Assembly: GCA_964195545.1 (NCBI GenBank)
Contig: CAXMQQ010000084.1
Location: 11,173-75,172, forward strand
From: an uncultured Acidimicrobiia bacterium
GTDB lineage: Bacteria > Actinomycetota > Acidimicrobiia > Spongiisociales > UBA5794
Length of the DNA stretch: 64,000 nucleotides
Direction: 5' to 3'
Shown here: in pieces, positions 58,250 through 64,000 of the stretch
How positions within the stretch are numbered: the first letter of the stretch is position 1
Layout: the number at the start of each line of letters is the position of its first letter
Made by a program: the position numbers and the translations under genes
Notes under the pieces: model-generated
What the model was told of the DNA's origin: nothing
The model's input: only the letters and a program-made list of their open reading frames with translations
Database searches by the model: none

Positions 58250-60194
58250 CCGGCACGAAGAAGCGCAATCGGACTCGGAATCGCCCCCGACACCTGCAGC
58301 GAACGGTGGCAACTCGAAGCGCTGGGGCAGACGATTCTGGGTCATCGTTCTGGCAGTCGTGATCGGGATCGTCGTCTACGCATACGCCTTCGAAACGACC
58401 GGTGTCAACCTCGACGAGATCCAGGACGAGACGCGTCAGGCATCGCTCGTGCGCATCCTGCGCGCCGTCGCCCACCCCGATCTCCTCACGTATGAAGCCG
58501 TCGAAACCAATCTCGACACCCAATTCATGTCGCCCTGCCCCTCCGGTGGATTCGCACCCGGGGAGCCAGAAGGCGGTGGTCCCCGCATCACCGCTACCCC
58601 AACGTGCGTAGAACCGGGTGGCGACATCACCGTTGCCGGCTCCGAATTCGACGCTAACCGCCGAGGGGACATCTTCTACATCGCGCAGTCCGGCGCCGAA
58701 ATCAGGCTCGGAGACTTCCTGACCGACCAGAACGGGCAGTTCACAGAGGTCGTGAGTACGCGGGAGCGATCGAGTGACGAGCCCCAAACCATCAGGGCCG
58801 TAACCGCAGTCACGGTCGGGTCCATCTTCAACTGGCAACGTGTGGCTACAGGCGAGATCGACGCGAAGACGGGAGAAGAGGTGATCGTCACCTCACCGCG
58901 CATCTCAACCACCGCTTGGGACACCTGGGACAAGATCATCGAGACGGTCTTCCTCGCCTTCATCGCCACCACGATCGGCACCCTCGTCGCCGTCCCCCTC
59001 AGCTTCTTCGCCGCTCGCAATCTCATGAAGGACATCTCCGTGCCGCTCATGGCCCTCACCTCTGGTGTCCTCTTCGGCATGATCGGGATCGGCGCTGGTC
59101 TGATCATGCTGCGAATGACCCGCAGAGCCGCCGAATCATTCACCGGCTCGATCTGGGTTGCCATCGTGATGCTGGTGGTCGTGCTCGCCGTCGTCTGGTT
59201 TGCCGTTCGATGGGCCATGCCGCAATCCGAGGAGGACCAACCCTCCTCGCGTGTGCGCGCCACGCGCCTCGCGGCGGTCGCGGGCGCGGCGATTGGCGTC
59301 ATCATTGCCCTTTTCCTGCTCGCTTCAATCATGAGCGACATCGGTGAATGGCTCGGCGATCACCTCGGTCCGCTGTCATTCCTCGGCCTCTTCGTAGAGA
59401 GTCTCGGTGACATCCTCCACCTCCTCGTCTCCGGCGGCGTCGCGCTCGTGACCGGATTCGTATTCATGTTCATCGGAACGCGGCTCGGCATGGCGCTTCG
59501 AAAACGGCTTCCCACGGGTGCCATCCAACCGGTGAACACACTGCTTGCAGTGATCGCCGGTGCAGCAGCCGTCGTGTTACTCGCCCAGAGCATCGCGTGG
59601 CTCTACGAGATAACCGATCCGGCCAAGACACTGTGGTGGCCCGCACTCGTGGGCGGACTGCTCGGTCTCGGAGGCGCCTTCCTCGCGCGCGGCAAGGATT
59701 CTGTGGGAATCGGACTCTCCGTGTATTACTTCGCCAGAACTGTGTTCAATGCAATTCGCGCGATCGAGCCTCTGGTGATGGTCATCATCTTCGTCGTCTG
59801 GGTGGGGCTCGGTGCGTTCGCCGGGTCGATCGCCTTGGCACTTCACACGACTGCGGCGCTCGCGAAACTCTATTCGGAGCAGGTCGAGAGTATCAACACC
59901 GGTCCGATCGAGGCCATCAAGGCCACGGGGGCGACGCGAATGCAGACGATCATCTACGCCGTAGCGCCACAGATCGTCCCTCCATACATCTCGTTCACCA
60001 TGTACCGCTGGGATATCAACGTCCGCATGTCGACGATCATCGGTTTCGCCGGCGGCGGAGGCATCGGGTTCCTACTCCAGCAGAACATCAACCTGCTCAA
60101 CTATCGGGCGGCGGCAGTGCAGATGCTCGCCATCGCCATCGTGGTCGCTTCGATGGACTACATCAGTTCGCGCCTCCGTGAACACGTTGTCTAA
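58242..60194 (+). CDS. phnE: Phosphonate ABC transporter permease PhnE with a ~200-aa N-terminal extracytoplasmic insert (650 aa, duplicated or extended TM core)
   Basis: The C-terminal half carries the canonical PhnE EAA-loop region (IEAIKATGATRMQTIIYAVAPQIVPPYISFTMYRWDINVRMSTIIGFAGGGGIGF). The N-terminus has one TM helix followed by a Cys-containing soluble domain. Confidence 0.75.
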   Translation: MADRHEEAQSDSESPPTPAANGGNSKRWGRRFWVIVLAVVIGIVVYAYAFETTGVNLDEIQDETRQASLVRILRAVAHPDLLTYEAVETNLDTQFMSPCPSGGFAPGEPEGGGPRITATPTCVEPGGDITVAGSEFDANRRGDIFYIAQSGAEIRLGDFLTDQNGQFTEVVSTRERSSDEPQTIRAVTAVTVGSIFNWQRVATGEIDAKTGEEVIVTSPRISTTAWDTWDKIIETVFLAFIATTIGTLVAVPLSFFAARNLMKDISVPLMALTSGVLFGMIGIGAGLIMLRMTRRAAESFTGSIWVAIVMLVVVLAVVWFAVRWAMPQSEEDQPSSRVRATRLAAVAGAAIGVIIALFLLASIMSDIGEWLGDHLGPLSFLGLFVESLGDILHLLVSGGVALVTGFVFMFIGTRLGMALRKRLPTGAIQPVNTLLAVIAGAAAVVLLAQSIAWLYEITDPAKTLWWPALVGGLLGLGGAFLARGKDSVGIGLSVYYFARTVFNAIRAIEPLVMVIIFVVWVGLGAFAGSIALALHTTAALAKLYSEQVESINTGPIEAIKATGATRMQTIIYAVAPQIVPPYISFTMYRWDINVRMSTIIGFAGGGGIGFLLQQNINLLNYRAAAVQMLAIAIVVASMDYISSRLREHVV

Positions 60195-60196
60195 CA

Positions 60197-61195
60197 ATGA
60201 GCGTATTTCGGCTCCGAACCCGTGAGGTGGGGGAGCATCTCGAACGACAACTCCTGGCACCGGGAGCGACCCTCTCCATCGATTCCTCTGGAAGAGCTCA
60301 GCCGGAGGAATCGGACCCGTGGCGGACCGTGTTCGAACGGGATCGCGACCGCATTCTCCACTCCAAGGCGTTCCGGCGGCTGAAGCACAAGACCCAGGTC
60401 TTTATGAATCCGGAGGGCGACCACTACGTCACCCGCCTCACTCACACGCTCCAGGTCACGCAGGTCGGTGGGGCTATCGGACGAGCCCTCAGCCTCAACG
60501 GGGCGTTGACCGAGGCGATCTGTCTCGGCCACGACGTGGGTCACTCCCCGTTCGGACACACCGGTGAGGACGCGCTGAGCGAGTTCGTCGACGGCGAGTG
60601 GCGCCATTCCAGCCAGTCGGTTCGGATCTTCGAGGTACTTGAACCCCTCAACCTCACACTCGAGGTTCTCGACGGGATCATGACTCACCCTTGGAAGGTC
60701 GAGACTCCTGCACAGACCCCCGAGGGCGCCATCGTTCGGTTCGCGGACCGCATCGCCTACCTCGCCCACGACGCACTCGATGCAATTCGCGCCGGAGTGC
60801 TCCGCCCCTCCCACTTCCCTCAACCGGTGCTCGAGACCCTCGGTGAGCCGGGGCGCGAGTGGATCGACACGATGATCACATCCGTGATCGAGACATCCAT
60901 GGAGCGCGACGAAGTCGCAATGGACGACCACACGCTCGACGTCATGCTCGAACTCCGGAACTTCATGTTCGAGCACGTCTACCTAAGAGCAGACGTCGAG
61001 CCACAGCGGTTACGAGCCAGGGAGATCGTCAGGAATCTCGTTGAGTACTACGTGGCTCATCCATCGGAGATCCCGGACACCTACCGCCACGACGACGCCG
61101 ACACGCTGACACAGGTCATCGACTTCGTGGCAGGCATGACCGACCGCTACGCGATAAGCCGCCACGACGAACTGTTCCGGCCGCAACTGTTCTGA
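60197..61195 (+). CDS. dgt: dGTPase-like HD-domain phosphohydrolase
   Basis: HSKAFRRLKHKTQV, HD motif in HTLQVTQVGGAIGRAL...GHDVGHSPFGH. Confidence 0.8.
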   Translation: MSVFRLRTREVGEHLERQLLAPGATLSIDSSGRAQPEESDPWRTVFERDRDRILHSKAFRRLKHKTQVFMNPEGDHYVTRLTHTLQVTQVGGAIGRALSLNGALTEAICLGHDVGHSPFGHTGEDALSEFVDGEWRHSSQSVRIFEVLEPLNLTLEVLDGIMTHPWKVETPAQTPEGAIVRFADRIAYLAHDALDAIRAGVLRPSHFPQPVLETLGEPGREWIDTMITSVIETSMERDEVAMDDHTLDVMLELRNFMFEHVYLRADVEPQRLRAREIVRNLVEYYVAHPSEIPDTYRHDDADTLTQVIDFVAGMTDRYAISRHDELFRPQLF

Positions 61196-61266
61196 AGCCT
61201 GAACAGAAATGTGAGGCAACACTCGGCTGAGTCTCCTGTCACACATCTCATGTCTCGTGTCTGGCA

Positions 61267-61680
61267 CTAGCCCGTCAACGCTGCAATGACCGCCAGCACT
61301 GCCAGGTTCAACAATGTCCATAGCAGAGCGGTCGTGGCGTAGCGGCGGAGCCAACGACCCCACGTCTCGGAGCGAACGGCGAGCGCCGTGCCAACCACGT
61401 ACCAGAGAGGCAGGCTCGTCACGGCGCCGAAGATCACGACAGTTGTTCGCGATACCTCGATGAAGTCGAACGAGAGGAACCATGTCGTCGGGAGAGCGAT
61501 GACGAGCATGAGGGCAGCGATGAAACTCGAAGCGACGTCCTGGAGATCGCCGGCCTCTCGGGGTCCGACGGCGAGCGCCAGCGCCATCATCACGATCGGA
61601 TAGGACAGCGCTATCAGCCCGGCCGTCGTTCGCCCAACGGTCTTCCGTCTGGGTGCAAACGAAACCCTATCTGAGGACAT
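61267..61680 (-). CDS. Membrane protein (hypothetical, 4 TM)
   Basis: Four hydrophobic helices. No motifs. Confidence 0.4.
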   Translation of the reverse strand: MSSDRVSFAPRRKTVGRTTAGLIALSYPIVMMALALAVGPREAGDLQDVASSFIAALMLVIALPTTWFLSFDFIEVSRTTVVIFGAVTSLPLWYVVGTALAVRSETWGRWLRRYATTALLWTLLNLAVLAVIAALTG

Positions 61681-61818
61681 GGATCTCTCGCTGGGCCATC
61701 AACTAGAGACTACTCCTCATGCAACGCAGCCGTCCTAATCGAACCTTGCGCCGACGAGTCCTGTCACAGCGTCCCGTCTGGCGAATACCTGCCTTCGGGG
61801 TCTAGCCTGGAATACTGC

Positions 61819-62964
61819 ATGGCCTCATCCAAGTCGTTCTCCCCGATCGCTCTCATCCTCCTCCTCGCTCTGCTCGCGGTCGCCCCGATTCCGGCCGGCG
61901 CACAGACGAAGAGCGCCGTCGAAAACGCCGAAGCAGCTCAGGACCAGGCCTACCGCCAACTCCTCGAGGCCAACGAAGCCGTCGGTCAAGCACTCTCCGA
62001 ACTCGAGGCGATCGACGACGAGGTCCATGCACTGGGCTACACGATCACCGTTCTCGATCGGAAGATCACGGAGTTCGACGAGCAAGTCGCTGATCTCACG
62101 GTGAGCGCCCAGGAACTCGTCGTCGAGGCATATACGAACTCAGGAACGGGCCTGGTGACGGCAGCGTTCACGGCAGGCTCCATCCAGGATCTCCTCACAA
62201 GTCAGACCCTCATCGGCGAGGCCACCGAGAGAGACCTCGCATCGCTCGATCTTCTCACGGTGGTCAACCGGGAGAACGACCGGTTGAAGGAGGAGGTCGC
62301 TGAGAAGCGGTCAGAGGTCGAAGTCCTGCAAGAGAATCAGAAGGTGCTCGTCGAGAGACTCGCCAACGAGCGAGCCAAGGCGGACGCGATCTATTCAGAG
62401 GCACAGGACAAGTACAAGGACGCCTACGCGAGGTATCAGGCAGAACTGAAGCGCCGGGCGGAGGAAGAAGCCCGTCGCCAGAGGGAAGAAGCTGCCCGAC
62501 AAGCGGCTGCGAACAACTCGTCTGCAGCCGCCACCAGTGCCGCAGCGGCAGGCGTGCCTGCCTCGAGTACTCCTGGCGTCGTCTGTCCCGTCGCCGGCAA
62601 TACGTGGTTCACCAACTCCTGGGGCGCGCCACGCTCCGGAGGTCGAACACACAAGGGTGTCGACATGATGGCATCCACCGGAACCCCGCTCGTCGCCATG
62701 GATTCGGGCAGGATCCGGATGAGCTGGCACTACGCCGGAGGTCGTCAGGTCTATGTCTATGCCGACAACGGCTACTTCTACTACTACGCCCACTTGAACT
62801 CATACGCATCGGGCCTTGTCAACGGTCAGCGCGTCGCCAAGGGTCAGGTCATCGGCACCGTCGGATCGACGGGGAACGCTTCTGTTCCACACCTCCATCT
62901 CGGAATGGGACCGAGTTCCGGGGCCTATGTGAACCCCTACCCGACCGTTCGGGCGGCGTGCTGA
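61819..62964 (+). CDS. M23 family metallopeptidase with N-terminal coiled-coil (paralog of 33041-34381)
   Basis: Signal peptide, long coiled-coil, then an M23 domain whose C-terminal block is nearly identical to the other copy (WGAPRSGGRTHKGVDM...YYYAHL...HLHLG...NPYP). Confidence 0.8.
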   Translation: MASSKSFSPIALILLLALLAVAPIPAGAQTKSAVENAEAAQDQAYRQLLEANEAVGQALSELEAIDDEVHALGYTITVLDRKITEFDEQVADLTVSAQELVVEAYTNSGTGLVTAAFTAGSIQDLLTSQTLIGEATERDLASLDLLTVVNRENDRLKEEVAEKRSEVEVLQENQKVLVERLANERAKADAIYSEAQDKYKDAYARYQAELKRRAEEEARRQREEAARQAAANNSSAAATSAAAAGVPASSTPGVVCPVAGNTWFTNSWGAPRSGGRTHKGVDMMASTGTPLVAMDSGRIRMSWHYAGGRQVYVYADNGYFYYYAHLNSYASGLVNGQRVAKGQVIGTVGSTGNASVPHLHLGMGPSSGAYVNPYPTVRAAC

Positions 62965-63010
62965 TAGCCGCCTACGGCGGCGCACCGAGCAACGAGTACT
63001 GGGTACCTCG

Positions 63011-63418
63011 TCAGGCGATGAAAGCGAGCAACGACGCGAAGATCGCTGTGAGCGCCATCATCCCACCAACCATGGTCACCGTATACGTTCGCAACTGATC
63101 ACGAATGACACCCTGGAAGCCATACATCCGGTCGTCCATGGTCTCGAATCGTCGATCCATACGGTCAAGTCGCCCGTCTACCTGTTCGAAGCGTTGGTCT
63201 ACGATCTGGAACCGTCCGTCGATGGCATCGAATCGGAGACCGAGCAGTTCCTCGAGACGATCGAATCGCTGCTCCAGCACGGCGACGTCCGACCTGGTCG
63301 CCAACTGTGCTCCCGGTTCGGGCGGCAGGTACGTCATGAGCGTGTCGGCATGGTCGTGACCGAACACCTCTTCAAGACGAGCATACAGGGGGCTGGTGTC
63401 GGAGATGTGTGTGGGCAT
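63011..63418 (-). CDS. Tail-anchored coiled-coil protein with (D/E)xRF repeats (hypothetical)
   Basis: Repeating RFDRLEE/RFDAIDG/RFEQVDG/RFETMDD units and a C-terminal TM helix. Confidence 0.35.
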   Translation of the reverse strand: MPTHISDTSPLYARLEEVFGHDHADTLMTYLPPEPGAQLATRSDVAVLEQRFDRLEELLGLRFDAIDGRFQIVDQRFEQVDGRLDRMDRRFETMDDRMYGFQGVIRDQLRTYTVTMVGGMMALTAIFASLLAFIA

Positions 63419-63566
63419 ATTGGCCCCTTTCTGGTCTTGGACATCGTGTCATGGGCGAGTGACAGATCTGTGATCGGGACCACCCTGTATTCCCATACTC
63501 GGTCCCTCCTGGCTGTCGGCATCTCGTATCTCATGTCTCGCGGCGCGGTCCTAGCCTGGTTCGCCT

Positions 63567-64000
63567 ATGACACCTCTCATTCAGGCGACTGGGTTGACGA
63601 AACGATTCGGTGAATTCACTGCAGTTGATGACATCGATTTCTCTGTCGAGCAGGGTGAGTCGTTCGGGTTCCTCGGTCCGAATGGCGCAGGGAAGACCTC
63701 GACGATGCGGATGATCGGTGCCGTCAGTCCGATCACGGAAGGGTCACTCTCGGTCCTCGGTCTTGACCCCACGCAACAGGGTCCCCAACTTCGGTCCCGG
63801 CTCGGCGTTGTTCCGCAAGAAGACAATCTCGACCAGGAACTGACCGTCTACGACAACCTGATGATGTACGGGCGCTACTTCGACCTATCACGCGCCGTGG
63901 TCAGAGAGCGGATCGACGAGCTGCTCGAGTTCGTCCAACTCACAGAGAAACGCAAGTCGAAGGTCGACTCTCTGTCGGGGGGAATGAAGAGGCGTCTGAC
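63567..64000 (+). CDS. ABC transporter ATP-binding protein (3' end outside window)
   Basis: Walker A GPNGAGKTST, Q-loop, and signature LSGGMKRRL at the window edge. Confidence 0.8.
   Translation, partial: MTPLIQATGLTKRFGEFTAVDDIDFSVEQGESFGFLGPNGAGKTSTMRMIGAVSPITEGSLSVLGLDPTQQGPQLRSRLGVVPQEDNLDQELTVYDNLMMYGRYFDLSRAVVRERIDELLEFVQLTEKRKSKVDSLSGGMKRRL

Noticed and set aside
61681-61818. c-di-AMP (ydaO) riboswitch upstream of the second M23 peptidase
   Set aside because: Actinobacterial cell-wall hydrolase genes often carry ydaO leaders, but this 138-nt region lacks the conserved GGGGA(A/G)CC / ACCCA pseudo-symmetric cores that I would expect.
1-64000. CRISPR arrays, IS elements, transposases, integrases or prophage genes
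   Set aside because: No repeat-spacer periodicity and no ORF with transposase, integrase or recombinase motifs anywhere in the window. The only mobile-like gene is the DUF222/HNH protein, which lacks flanking inverted repeats.

Overview
High-GC (~68%) chromosomal window, almost certainly from an Actinomycetota genome (Acidimicrobiia-like gene content), packed with about 65 housekeeping and accessory-metabolism genes on both strands. Recognisable blocks, in order: a partial MMPL/RND exporter; quinone oxidoreductase; a DUF4870–small TM protein–DUF2804 operon; leucine/valine dehydrogenase followed by a fused E1 alpha/beta 2-oxoacid dehydrogenase; glcD/E/F-like FAD/Fe-S oxidase operon; MFS transporter plus hydantoinase hyuB/hyuA; Nfu_N Fe-S scaffold; a pterin supercluster (SDR–folB–fused folK::folE–moaA); type II glutamine synthetase; ALDH7/piperideine-6-carboxylate dehydrogenase; RidA, IscA and Mrp/ApbC Fe-S genes; an M23 peptidase–MBL–NUDIX–FxsA operon; the selenocysteine machinery selA–selB (no selC, selD or selenoprotein gene in the window); whiB; tRNA-Pro(CGG); asd–ask; cyclophilin; PHP protein; an orphan histidine kinase; mce–accE-like–thiolase–glpX; a DUF3524 glycosyltransferase; a DUF222/HNH protein; recR–ybaB divergent from dnaX; phnDCE; dgt; and a second M23 peptidase. 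No transposases, CRISPR arrays or prophage genes were seen. Long antisense ORFs in the track were treated as high-GC artefacts, and gene starts were moved to internal ATG/GTG/TTG codons where stop/start overlaps or RBS support them. The most interesting signal is non-coding: a ~60-nt element that is ~90% identical in two copies, each sitting the same short distance upstream of an ATG (glcD and nfu) and containing a 9-1-9 palindrome. Other points worth a second look are a single-ORF HPPK::GTP-cyclohydrolase-I fusion, the E1 alpha/beta fusion without E2, a PhnE permease with a large extracytoplasmic insert, dnaX inverted relative to ybaB–recR, and Thr-codon tandem repeats in a coiled-coil M23 peptidase. 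Coordinates of non-ORF features are approximate (±3 nt).
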